A DNA stretch of 64,000 nucleotides from Octopus sinensis (GCF_006345805.1 NC_043008.1:36766001-36830000), one strand, 5' to 3'; shown: positions 50,236 to 63,752, counted from the stretch's first letter. Program-made: numbers and translations. The notes: a model not told the origin generated them from the letters alone.

Positions 50236-50630
50236 TTTTACTCTTTTCAGTCATTTGACTGCGGCCATGCTGGAGCAACGCCTTTAGTCGAGCAAATCGA
50301 CTCTGGGACTTATTGTTTGTAAGCCCAGAGTCGATTTGCTATCGGTCTCTTTTGCTGAACTGCTAAGAGATGGGGACGTAAACACACTAGCATCGGTTGT
50401 CAAGCAATGCTAGGGGGACAAACACAGACACACAAACACATACACACACACACACACATATATATATACATATATACGACAGGCTTCTTTCGGTTTCCGT
50501 CTACCAAATCCACTCACAAGGCATTGGTCGGCTCAGGGCTATAGCAGAAGATACTTGCCCAAGATGCCACTGAACCTGGAACCATGTGGTTGGTTAGCAA
50601 TCTACTTACCACCCAGCCACTCCTGCACCT
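50236..50630 (-). mobile_element. SINE family A (with an internal perfected hairpin)
   Basis: Colinear with 27825-28216 except at 50329-50340. Confidence 0.88.
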
Positions 50631-50685
50631 ATCTATAATTGTTATATCTAGTCTATTATTTTCTAATTTCTTGTTTGTTTGAATG

Positions 50686-51116
50686 TTATTATTATTCAGT
50701 AGTTTTATTTTCATAGCGTGCTTTCACTTCACTACTGAGTGCAGCTCCGTGTGCCTTGGGTATGTGCTGTGATTTGATGTGATGTTCTGATGGTTACTGT
50801 AGTAAAAGTGTTTTGCGTAGGATGTGTGCAGTGCCTAGTAGTGCAATTTTTTGTATGTTGTATGTGTTTGTAAGTCCTGGTGTTTTTGTTATGTATTTGT
50901 CTGATTTTTTTTTATCATGCCTAATGCACCTATTATGATAGGAATTGTTTCTGTTTTTAGATTCCACATTCTAGTTACCTCTATTTCCAGGTCTTTGTAT
51001 TTTGAAAGTTTCTCCATTTCTTTTAGGGACACGTCATCTGCTGGTATTGATACATCAATTAGAAAGCATTTTTTTTCTTCATGATCTCTGACAACTATAT
51101 CTGGCCTGTTGGCCTT
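50686..51116 (-). mobile_element. 5'-truncated R4/Dong element (RLE domain plus 3' UTR) in (AAT)n
   Basis: RPDIVVRDHEEKKCFLIDVSIPADDVSLKEMEKLSKYKDLEIEVTRMWNLKTETIPIIIGALG (PD..D and K..KY RLE motifs), then after a frameshift IQKIALLGTAHILRK. (taa)n at both junctions. Confidence 0.9.
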
Positions 51117-51158
51117 ATTATTGTTATTACTATTATTATTATTATTATTATTATTATT

Positions 51159-51223
<65 letters not shown>

Positions 51224-51233
51224 TATTATTGTG

Positions 51234-51658
51234 AAGGTGGTGAGCTGGCAGAATTGTTAGCATGCTGATGTCAACTTTGCCATTCATGGGGTCATTTTTG
51301 GGGTCATTAAATTAAGTACCAGTGAAATACTGGGGTTAATGTAGTTGACTAGATCCCCCAACACCCAAATTTCAGGCCTTGTGCCTTTAGTAGGAAAGAT
51401 TATTTTTATTATTGTTATTAAGGCGGCAAGTTGGTAGAATCATTAACACATGGAGCAAAATGCTAAGTGGCATTTCACATGTCCTTACATTCTGAGTTCA
51501 AATTCTGCTGAGGTTAACGTTGCCTTCCATCCTTTTGGGGGTTGATATAAGTACCAGTTATGCACTGAGGTTGATGTAATCGACTATCCTCATCCTCCAA
51601 ATTTCAGGTCTTGTGCCCATAGTAGAAAGGATTGTTATTATTATTATTATTATCATTA

Positions 51659-51703
<45 letters not shown>

Positions 51704-51901
51704 GGCAGTAAGCTGGCAGAATCATTAGCATGCTGGGCAAGATGTTTTGTGGCATTTCATCTGAGTTCCAATTCCACTGAAGTCAACTTTGCCTTTCACC
51801 CTCTCAGGGCCAATGAAATAAGTACCAGTTGAGTTCTGGGGTCAATGTAATCAACTAGCCCCCTCCCTCGAAATTTCAGGCTTCTGCCTATGGCAGAAAG
51901 G

Positions 51902-51905
<4 letters not shown>
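51234..51905 (+). mobile_element. Three head-to-tail SINE family B copies separated by (ATT)n
   Basis: Heads at about 51234, 51420 and 51702, each ending aatttcagg..agaaag(g)att. Confidence 0.85.
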
Positions 51906-51934
<29 letters not shown>

Positions 51935-52013
51935 TTGATGATGACAGTGGTAGTAATGTTGATGCAAGTGGTAGTGTTGGTGGTGGTGGTGGTGGCAGTG
52001 ATTATTATTATTG

Positions 52014-52045
<32 letters not shown>

Positions 52046-52093
52046 GTTGTTTTTGTTTTTGTTCTTGTTGTTATTGTTATTGTTGTGTTGTTA

Positions 52094-52134
<41 letters not shown>

Positions 52135-52741
52135 ATTATTATTATTGATGATGATAATCACAACGGTGGTGATGATGGGTTTAGTGGGAATGGTGATGAT
52201 AATGATGATGATGATGATGATGATGTCATCTCTAGTAATGGATTTTAAGGTGTTGATAATGTCGATGATAAGAAGAAGAGTGTTAATTATAGTGATGTTG
52301 ATGACTATGATGATGAAGTTTTTGAAGATGAGATGGAATGACGATAGGGATGACAATCGCAAAAGTTTGACGACCAGATGAAGTGATGAAGATAATCATA
52401 ATAAAGAAGAGCGATGAGATGAGCTGATGACAATGACGACGACGATGACAGTGATGATGATGATGATGATGATGATGATCGGCATGATGATGATGATGGT
52501 GATGGTAGTTACAATGAAGAAGGACAAATGCTGATTTGATCATAGTAACGATAATTAGGAGGAACCCTACAACGATAATGATGAATAATGGTGAGGATGT
52601 TAATGATGATGATGAAGATATCTTTGTAGGAGATAATTTAACAACATACAGAGTAATGAAATGTCACAGATCTGCCCAAGAATCACAAATATGTAAATCT
52701 TGGAAGCAGAGTGACTTAGTGTATAAAATATATGCACAAAT

Positions 52742-53087
52742 AGGTGCAGGCATGGCTGTGTGATAAGGAGCTTGCTTCTTAAACACATGGTTCCAGGTTC
52801 AGTCCCACTGCATAGCATCTCGGGCAAGTGTCTTCTACTATAGCCTCGGATTGACCAAAGCCTTGTGAGTGGATTTGGTTGATGGAAACTGAAAGAAGCC
52901 TGTTGTATTATATATGTAAGAATAGATCGTTTATAAAGATTGAAACATGTGTACCACGACATCCTTTGTGTTTTGTTTTTGATTTCATTTAATGCATATA
53001 CCCTCTCACCTCTGCTACTAGCTGGCGTATACAGGTGCTTACACTTATCAAATATTCACCCTAAATTTATTGTACCTACCTTATATA

Positions 53088-53119
<32 letters not shown>

Positions 53120-53372
53120 CATGTATATATATATGTGTGTGTGTATGTTTGTGTGTTTGTGTCTGTGTTTGTCCCCACCATGATCACTTGACAACCGGTG
53201 TCGGTGTGTTTACGTCCCTGTAACTTAGCGGTTTGGCAAAAGAGACCGATAGAATAAGTAGTAGGCTTATAAAGAATAAGTCTTGGGGTCGAGTTCTTTG
53301 ACTAAAACCCTTTAAGGTGGTGCTCGAGCATGGCCGCACTCAAATGACAGAAGCAAATAAAAGAGAATAAAA
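52742..53372 (+). mobile_element. SINE family A with extra sequence inside its internal microsatellite
   Basis: 5' half to about 52905 and 3' half from about 53150. An inverted family-A copy follows at 53476-53852. Confidence 0.8.
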
Positions 53373-53398
53373 GAAAAACACCCACACACACACATATA

Positions 53399-53438
<40 letters not shown>

Positions 53439-54699
53439 TTTGTGTGTGTGTCTGTTTGTATATATACATATATATATGTATATGACTAGCCATGCTAGAG
53501 CACTGCCTTTGGTCAAACAAACTGACCCCGGGACTTATTCTTTGTAAGCCTAGTACTTATTCTATTGATCTCTTTTGCCAAACTGGTAAGTTACAAGGAT
53601 GTAAACACACCAAGCGATGGTTGTCAAGCGATGGTGGTGGGGACAATCACAGACACACTAATACATACACACACACACACACATATATATATATATGATG
53701 GGCTTCTTTCAATTTTTGTCTACCAAATCCACTCACAAGGCTTTCATCAGCCCATAGAAGACACTTGCTCAAGGTGCCACACTGTGGAACTGAACCTGGA
53801 ACCTTGTGGTTATGAAGCAGGCTTTTTACTGTACAGCCACACCTGCGCCTCTATATATCATACGACCAGAAATGGTTTAAATGTTCCCTACAGCTGTTTC
53901 AGGCATATTTGCTATTGATGAAACATTTGATTACATTTTCTTCAGTTGATTAAAAATTTGGTGTGGAGAAAAATATTTCAAGATGTAGATTGACTCTCTC
54001 AGCATCATTGAAGAGACTTTTAATCATCTGAAAAAAAACGGTTTATGTATCATGATGTAATCAAATGATTCATCAATAAAAGATGTGTCTGTAACAGCTA
54101 TAGTGAACCTTTATTCCAATTGTGTTCTTATTTTATGCAAACATTGCACCTGGAAGCTTCCCTATGTTGAATCTGGAACTAGCATCGAATCATGAACCTA
54201 CATGCATGTCTGTATGGGTATATATTTCCATGTATATGTATATTGATATGTATATATATATATATATGTGTGTGTGTACATGTTTGTGTGCATGTACATA
54301 TATATGTATGTGCATAGATACATATATTCATATATGCACATGTATGTAAGGATGTATGTGTATGTGGTATATACATATATGTCCTGGACTAGACCCTTTC
54401 CTGATGTCCTGAATGTTGAAGTACCTTGATTGAAATGAATCCTACAATTATTTAATGTATATATATATATATATTTGTATATCTTTCAAACTTGTTTATG
54501 GGAAATGTTTTGAATATGCAAATGAAGCTCCTATTCTATTATGTTGGCCATAGTCTATGTTGCTGACTGGTGAATCAGTTTTTCTGGGATGCATCAAGCT
54601 GTACCGATATAATGGATTATTGTTACTACACATATATATATATATATACGCATACATATATATATATATAAATATATATATATATACATATATATATGC

Positions 54700-54736
<37 letters not shown>

Positions 54737-56271
54737 TTGATAGATAGATAGATATATAGATAGATATACATATATACTACACACACACATGTATATGTAT
54801 ACATATATATATATATATGAGTGTCTGTGTGTGTGTGTGTGTATGTGTGTGTATGTATGTATATGTATGTATATATCTATGTATGTATAACCGGGCCTCA
54901 CTTATGAATGAGTATTGCTTGGTAACAAGTATTAGGCAAACATAGACACCTTAATGTCTCTGCCATCCTTTGAACCAGCAGCACTTATCCAGGATGATCT
55001 GGTGGCTGGAGGGAGAGATAGAGGTACCACCAGCTCTCAGCTGATTATTGTTTTTATCTGGGTGGATTGGGTCAATGTGAAATGAAGTTTGTGTGTGTGT
55101 GTATGTATGTAAGCTTTTTTTTAAAAATCTTCTTTTTAGTGTGACTTCATCTATTTTTCTCTTATTTTCTCTCTCTCTCTCTCTTTCTCTCTCTCTCACT
55201 CCCTCTCTCTCTCTCTCTGTCTCCCTCTCTCTCTCTCTCTCACTCTGTCCCTCTCTGTACACCTTTCCCCATCTTTTTGTATGACCTTTTCTGTCTTCCA
55301 TCTCCCTCTCTGTCCTCAACCCCTTCTTTTCCTTCATCCCACCTTCCATCTTTCTCACTTGTCTATTTGCTTTCCTTATCTGTGTCCTCTCTTTATCCCA
55401 ACATCTCTGCATCTCTCTTTTACCAAACTCACCCTATATCTATCTCTCCCCACCTTGCTCCCTCTCTCTTTCTCACCCCCTCATTGCTCTCCCTCTTTTT
55501 CAAATATGAAGAGTAAAAGAAAACTTGACACGTGCTGTGCCCTGGTGGTTAGTTATTGAAAGGGAGATAATCACTTCTAGATCAATCATTGCAGGGTTAG
55601 AAGCTTGAATTTTAAATGAAAGACTAAAGAAGGAGAATCACAGAATATACATATTTAATATTTTGTTTTCCTCTTCTTCATTTCAAAGATCTTAATGTTG
55701 AGGAAATGAATCTTTTCATAAGAAATTTCCATCTCCAGTATCAAATAGACTTGCATCCAAATTCTTTCTGTTTTTATATTACACTACTACACTTTGATAT
55801 AAACCAAATATTTAAGGACGCGATGTTGATGTTGTTTTATTGCTGTTGTTATTTTCGTTTTTCCTTCTGTGTATCACACATTTCAACAGAGTCCCTTGGA
55901 TTGACTTGGGCGTCATGGAATTAAGAGCCTCAGAGGTCACTTTTAGGGTCAGTCCAAGAATCAGGATTGTTGCAATGTGGGAACTTTGCCATAATAAATA
56001 TTCTTTAATACGTGCATGTATGAGTTTGAGTATGGAGTTATAAATAGATGTATGTGTGTGCGCATGCGTGTATGTATGTGTATGCATGGCTATATATGTG
56101 TGTGTTCATATATGTATGTATGTGTGTTGTATGCATATATACACACACATAAACATATAAGACACATATTAGTATATACATGTGTATATATAGGTATATA
56201 TACATATATACATTTATATGAATATAGGTGTATATATATGTATATTTATATGTGTATGTATATATGTATAT

Positions 56272-56330
<59 letters not shown>

Positions 56331-56379
56331 GTATATATATATATATATATATGATGTATGCATGTATGGTATTGAAAAT

Positions 56380-56575
56380 AACTATGTAACGTTAATGGAG
56401 AAGACATTGAAAGCATGCATACAGAGCCTCTCTCTCTCTATGATCCAGTGATAACATAATTTACATCTATTTATCTTTCTTCATCTAGAAACTGAAGTAG
56501 AACAGAAATGATAATATCCTCATAACTTGGTCAATAGTTGAAACCTGAACATCGTACTGTATTGGATCAAAAAGC
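56380..56575 (+). mobile_element. Possible Penelope-like GIY-YIG C-terminal remnant
   Basis: LSFFI*KLK*..NILITWSIVET*TSYCIGSK resembles the LSKxIWxLK..ITWSIV..Y..GSK tail of PLE endonucleases; heavily decayed. Confidence 0.45.
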
Positions 56576-56861
56576 TTTCATCTTTTTGTAGTGTGTTCTG
56601 CCAATGGCAAGTCAAACTCCTGGAACCCTTCCTTCTTCAAACAGATAATCCTGATAATCGCAGGTACGAAGCATGAGCAAGATTGTAACGGAACCAAACT
56701 GTGACCAGCATCACAAATTTAAGTTATCCTGACCATAGTCCCTTCCTTAACAAGGTAGCATTTCAACTTGCCTCTTCTACCTGTTTTATGTTCCAACCAA
56801 CCTAATCCAGCCTCTCAAACCTACCTTACAATGTCATTCTAAAAGTAAACAATGTAGACGT

Positions 56862-57020
56862 GAGAGTGGATGTGTGGTAAGTACCTTTGCTTACGAACCA
56901 CATGGTTCCGGGTTCAGTCCCACTGCGTGGCAACTTGGGCAAGTGTCTTCTACTATAGCCTTGGGCCGACCAAAGCCTTATGAGTGGATTTGGTAGACGG
57001 AAACTGAAAGAAGCCTGTCG

Positions 57021-57053
<33 letters not shown>

Positions 57054-57290
57054 GTGTGTGTGTGTGTGTATCGATTATGTGTCTGTCTTTGTCCCCCGAA
57101 CATCGCTTGACAACCGATGCTGGTGTGTTTACGTCCCTGTAACTTAGCAGTTCGGCAAAAGAGACCGATAGAATAAGTACTAGGCTTACAAAGAATAACT
57201 CTTGGGGTCGATTTGTTGAACTAAAGGCAGTGCTCCAGCATGGCCACAGTCAAATGACTGAAACAAGTAAAAGAGTAAAAACGTAAAAGA
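56862..57290 (+). mobile_element. SINE family A
   Basis: Well-preserved copy. Confidence 0.88.
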
Positions 57291-57580
57291 ATAACATTAC
57301 TGAAATCTTGAAGCTACTACATAATGCATGATGAATTCAAAACAATGTGAATAAATAAGTATCACATTTGACAGAGTAATTTTGCTGCCAAAGAATTAAT
57401 AACTCTTGTGTGCCATATTTTTTTCAGCAAATATAAGTTCAGATTTGCCTTAGTTATTTCTTTCCCTTTTTTTGTCTTTTTGCTATACAGTAATCCCTCG
57501 ACTGTTTACTTTTAGTATAACATTGCAGAGTTAGAATGAGAAGCCAGATAAAATATTTGGTCTTGATATGTTCACTTTAA

Positions 57581-57802
57581 CCCTTTAGCATTCATATTTT
57601 CCTATCAAATATAATACTTATTTATCCACTTTGTTTTGAATAAATTAAACATTATCTTGTAGCTTTGAGATTTTGATGATGTGAACATTTATTGTTTTAG
57701 AGTGACATAGTAGAGTAGGTGTAAGTGGCCAGATTTGGCTAGTTTGAACATAAAACAAGTAGAATAGTTTGGCCGGATATGGCCGGTTTGAATGCTAGAG
57801 GG
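57581..57802. mobile_element. piggyBac-type MITE
   Basis: ttaa|ccctttagc..gctagaggg|ttaa; homologous to 27445-27663. Confidence 0.85.
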
Positions 57803-59723
57803 TTAAATACAAAAGGTTTACTGCAATGTAGACTTCTTAATCACACAGCCATACTTATTCCGTTCTTGTTAATAAAATTTTTCTTTTTGTAATGAAAAGA
57901 GCATTTAAAAATGCCTTTTAGTGCAGAGGCAAGGCACTTTCCACAACTGTTTAACAGGCAACAGGGTGGGATCTACTGAAGGCACCTAAGGTTCTTGAGA
58001 TAAAGTGTTAAATAAGATTATGAACTAATTCTACCACTTAAATAAGCAACGAAGAACTCAAACTCGGAATACAAAGATCCAAAACAAATACTGTCAGGCA
58101 TCTGGTCTGATTTTACTCTGTTTCCACTGGTTCCAGTCCACCATCATAGATTAATATTTTACAATTTTATCAATTTATATATATATACATGCATGTATGT
58201 ATGTGTGTGTGTGTGGAATTGTTTATGACCCTGAAAGTTTGTGGTTCAGTGAAAGCTTTTGACAATATGAGTATCAGACTTTAGAAAATTAAAAATAAGC
58301 ACTGAATGTTGATTTGTTCAACTAAAACCTTCAAGACTGCTACAGCATGGCCACAGTCCAATGAATTAAACAAATGAAAGATACGATAGAAATAATCAAT
58401 GGAATTGTGCAGAATTTATATAGTCTGGAAAGCATGGTCTGCACAAGATCCTGAGGAAGGGAAATTTACATGGAATAGACTAGTATCCTATCCTTGAGGA
58501 TGTTGACCTTTTGTGTACATTATTGCTAAGGAAAGTGGAATAAAATAAGTTAATTGGGGTCAAAGGGTTTGTCTTTGTAATGTAACAACTAACAGCTTTT
58601 AATTGTTTAATCAGTGGTTCTGTTTCACTTCAAAACAAGGTATTTTAAAAAGTTAACGGCTTGATTAAGCTAATGATGTCAGAGTTGAGAGGGCATAACT
58701 ACTAATTGTTAATTAGCCCCCAATCAACCGACCAGCAAACACACACACACACGCATGCACGCACACACACACATGCACACACACATACACACTTACACAC
58801 ACACACACACAGTGTCACAAAATGAAAATCATTTGCATATGATTAATATCAAAATCATTGCTGTAAGTCGTCGTCATCATCATCATCGTTGTCATCACCA
58901 CCACCATAACAGTAGTCATTATTTTCATTATTAATATTATCACTATCCTTATAGGCATTAGTATTCTAATTATCATTGCTAGCATCATCATCAATATCAC
59001 CTCACCTATCATCATCATCATCTCTATCATCATGATTATTACCATCACTGTCACCATCACCAACACCACCACCACAACCACCACCATCACCACCATCATC
59101 ATCATCACTATCACTGATACAACTCTCACCACCATCAACAGCTTCCCCACCCACATCATTATTTGCATAGAAAAACAATTCTTCACATTAACATAACATT
59201 TGCTCCTCCCCATTTCATAACCGGTATCACTGTAAATTGATGACTGAAAGATAATATTTCGCTGCAGCATGCATTGAAATCAGCACGAGAAGACACTTCA
59301 CTAAATATGCAGTTTCCAGATTCTTTCTGCATCCTTTGAACTTTTTGTTCTGTGATGCTTGTGACGTGAGAGGTTAGCACTTGCAAGAAAGATTTGCAGA
59401 AGTATGTGAAGTGATTCCGCTAAAACCTATTTATATGTTTTCAAGACAAGTGTTGCAAACCCATCAGAGCCCCGTTGCTCAGATTAGGTGTGTTTCATCT
59501 CTGACTGATATTACAGCTTCCTCGTTTATGTTGATGTAATCAGTGACTGCAGCATCCCTATGCATAGCTGGTGTATCATATGCATATCCTTACATTCATT
59601 CATACATGCATACATACATACATGCGTACATACACGTGTTTTATATATATATATACACACACGTATATATATATATAATGTTAAATGTTGATGATGTACA
59701 TGTATATGTGTGTATGTACATGC

Positions 59724-59755
<32 letters not shown>

Positions 59756-59844
59756 ATTAGATATATATATGCATATATACTTATGTACCATGCATATTAT
59801 ATAGGTTATATATATCGTTATGCATACATGTTATGTATATATAT

Positions 59845-59895
<51 letters not shown>

Positions 59896-60639
59896 TGTGT
59901 ATGTGTATATGTAGAGATGTGTGTGTGTGTATATATATTTAGACACACTCATCATCATCATCATCATCGTTTAAGCAAGTATATATATATATATATATAC
60001 ATATATATATACTTATATATATGAATGATATTTTCACTTTATTATTTTTCCATGCCATTAGCATTGCTTCTGTTTGTGACGTAAAAACAATTTGTGATGA
60101 CAAAGGAGAAAAGAAAAATATAAAAGACCCAAAAATTAAAAAAATTACAAACCACCCCTCCAAAAAAAAAAAAGAGGTCAAAACAAGTTCCAAAAGAGTT
60201 AGTGTGTCATAACGAAATTCTATAAGATATTTTGTATCAGAAGACTAAACCAAAATCCCAGAATATATTGGAAGTTTTTTCTATTTTCGGTATCTTCACT
60301 CCACTATAGGATCAATACATCAACATCTTATATGTGTGTACACCTACACACCCATACATATGTGTATGTAGTAGATGTGTTCATGAATATATGTGTGTGT
60401 ATGTGCATGCTGCATGGCTCTTGTATGTGTATGCATGTGTGTGTGTATAGTTAGAGAGAGAGAGAGAGAAAGAAAGAGAGAAAGAAAGCTAGATAGATAT
60501 GCATATGTATTTGTATATATAAACTTGGATATATATATTATATACATGGTGTGTGATTATTGTCAATACTTGTATGTGTAAGCTTGCCTGTGTGTATATG
60601 AATTTATACACAAAGTTATACATATGGATATGTATATAT

Positions 60640-62127
60640 TATCATCATCATCATCATCATCCTCAGCAGCAGCAGCATTTAACGTCTGTTTTCCATGCTG
60701 GTATGGATTGGATGGTTTGACTGAGGACTGGCAAACCAAAAGGCTGCACCAGGTTCCAATCTGATCTGGCAAGGTTTCTACAGCTTGATGCCCTTTCTAA
60801 TGCTAATCACTCCGAGAGTGCAGTGGGTGCTTTTTATGTGCCACCTGCACGGGAACCAGTAAGGCGACAATGGCATTGACCACGTTTGGATGGTGCCTAT
60901 GTGCTACCTGCATGGGGAACCAGTCAGGCAGCACTGGCATCAACCTAAGCTTGAATGGTACTTATTATGTGCCACCAGCTCAAGAGCCAGTCAGGCGGCA
61001 CTGGCGTTGGCCACATCTATGATTTCCATTTTGATTTCAATTTTACTTCACTCTGTAGGTTTTCTCAAGCACAGAGTATCACCCGGCAATTCAAGGGTAC
61101 TTTTAAATGGGCTGGTTATTTGACACTGGTTCCGGCCATGGCTTTGATCTCATTTTACTTGCTGGGTCTTCTCAATCACAGCATGTCTCCAAAGGTCTCG
61201 GTCTCTTGTCATTGCTTCTGTGAGGCCCAACGTTTGAAGGTCATGCTTTACCACCTCATCTCATGTCTTCCTTGGCTTCCCTCTTCCATGGGTTCTTTCC
61301 ACTGTTAGGGTGTGACACTTCTTCACACAGCTCTCCTCATCCACATGCAGTACATGACCTTACCAGTGCTGTCGTCACTCTAGTGTACCACATATGATGC
61401 TTCTTATGTCCAACCTTTCTCTTAGGGTGCTTACATTCTGTTATGTGAGAACACTGACATTACACATCCAGTGGATCATACTAGCTTCATTTCTTTCAAG
61501 CCTATGTATGTCCTCAACAATCATGGCCCATGTTTCACTGCTGTGTAGCATGGCTGTTTGCACACAGGCATCATACAGTTTACCTTTCACTCTGAATGAG
61601 AGGCTCTTTGTTACCAGCAGAGGTTGAAGCTTTCTGAACTCTGTCCAGGCTATTTTATTCTAGTGGCAACACTCTCGGAACATCCACCCCCACTACAGAC
61701 TTGGTCATCTAGGTAGCAGAAATGATCAACTACTTCTAGTTTTTCCCCTTGGCATGTGATGGAATCTGTTTTCTGTACATCTTCAGTGTTTATTGCCCCT
61801 GTGCATCTGCCACACACAAAAACTATCTTCCTGGTTATTCTTCCTTTGATATTACTGCACCTCGTATGTATCCATAGCTTACACCGTCTACCTTATGGAG
61901 TTTCTACCTATGCCTTTTCTACAGATCAAGCAGGGCCATCCACCTGAAGGAGTTTGTGATTTGTCTTCCTACTTACTAGGACTTTAGTTTTTGCTAGATT
62001 AACTCTTAGGCCCTTTGATTCTAGACCTTGCTTCCACACTTGAACCTTCATCTCTAGTTCTGGTAGTGACTCAGCTATTAGAGCAAAGTAATCAGCATAG
62101 AGGAGTTCCAGGACAGCAAGATTTCCG
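60640..62127 (-). mobile_element. 5'-truncated RTE-clade LINE (RT C-terminal half, PHD-like insert, 3' UTR, (GAT)n tail)
   Basis: ELLYADYFAL, KGLRVNLAKTKVL, FCYLDD, KGKLYDACVQTAMLHSSETW, RGKPRKT*DEVV, DLWRHAV; stop near 61150. Confidence 0.9.
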
Positions 62128-62522
62128 GTATTGGTGGTGGAGGTGAGAATGGGTTAGTGGATGACGAACAAGGAATGATTATTTTAGAGATAGTATGAAA
62201 ATATTTAGCCAACGTGAAAACACAGGGAGATAAAAACTAAGGCTTTAGAGAGAATTCAATTTGTGAGTTATATGAAGAATTAAGAAGAAAAACTAAGACT
62301 GAGAAAGATTACGATTTGGAAGTTATATGAAGCATTAATTTAAATAAATGGTTTACAAAACTACATATTAGCAATAATGCAGGTTAGATGAATGAATGAA
62401 TAAAGCGATCAAAAAACGAGAGAATATCTTAGCTTAGCTGTGCATATCATGGGTGCCAACAATAACCAAACACTGGAGTAAGCTGCATGAAAGTCTGAGA
62501 GGAAAACATGTGCTAAAAGTTC

Positions 62523-62562
<40 letters not shown>

Positions 62563-62794
62563 TATGGCCGGAAGTGGACATATGAATGAGCATTTTTGCC
62601 TTAATACACAAGCACACACAAATGTATATAGGTGTGTGTGTGTATGTGTGTGTGTGTGTGTATATATGTAGGTGTGTGTACGTATGTGGTGTGCTAAACA
62701 TCCATAAATTAGAAAGCCAGGCACTTGTATATTTGTCAATAGAGTGGGTATATTAATATTTAATATATTAAATAGTAATACTGTATTCTTTTTT

Positions 62795-63228
62795 CTGTTG
62801 TTTCTGTCATTTGACTGTGGCCATGTTGGAACACCACTTTAAAGGAGTTTAATTGAAGAAATCGACCCCATGGCTTAATCTTTGTAAACCTGGTACTCAT
62901 TCTATTGGTCTTCTTTTGCTGAACTGCTAGGTTACAGGGACATAAACACACCAGCATTGGTTGTCGAGCAATGGCGGTGGAGACAAACACAGACATACAC
63001 ATACACACACACACACAGATACGTACACTTACACACACATGCACACTCACACACACGCATATATAATTGGTTTCTTTCAGTTTCCATCTACCAAATCAAC
63101 TCACAAGGCTTTGGTTGGCCCTAGGCTATAGTAGAAGACACTTGTCCAAGGTACCACACAGTGGGACTGAACCTGGAACCATGTGGTCGGGAAGTAAGCA
63201 TCTTATCACACAGCCACATCTGCACCTG
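62795..63228 (-). mobile_element. SINE family A
   Basis: Colinear with the other copies. Confidence 0.85.
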
Positions 63229-63230
63229 TA

Positions 63231-63270
<40 letters not shown>

Positions 63271-63752
63271 GGGAGAGTTTATGAAAAAAACGAAAGACGA
63301 AGACAGGTGGTGTAAAAAACAGACAGATGTATTAGTATAACACTCAGGAATAGAAAAAGTTTTTTACGTTTCGAGCCTATGCTCTTGTACAGAAAGGGAC
63401 ACAGAAAAACAAGATGATATATATATATATATATATATATGGCAAATGGAAGACGGGAGATGGAATATGCATATAGATGTATATAAGAACATTGCTTATA
63501 AATATATATAAATCCAACAGCTAAGGAATAGAATAGAGAAAATCTGGGCTACAAATGTTTCAAATCTGGGACCTTTGAAGTGGTAAATATCCAAGCATAG
63601 TGTGTACCACAGGCTACTCTTCAGGCCAAAGGCATCTTGACTAAATGAAGTTTACTTTGTCTTTAGGAGATCCATGTTAACACACTTACGAGGAATTGTA
63701 TTTCTAAGTTTTCATTTTCAGCTGTGTGTGTGTGTGTGTTTGTTTGTGTGTG

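Noticed and set aside
53883-53903. Hammerhead half-site (minus strand CCU GAAACAGCUGUA GGGAAC)
   Set aside because: The CUGANGA strand and its stem I partner are absent.
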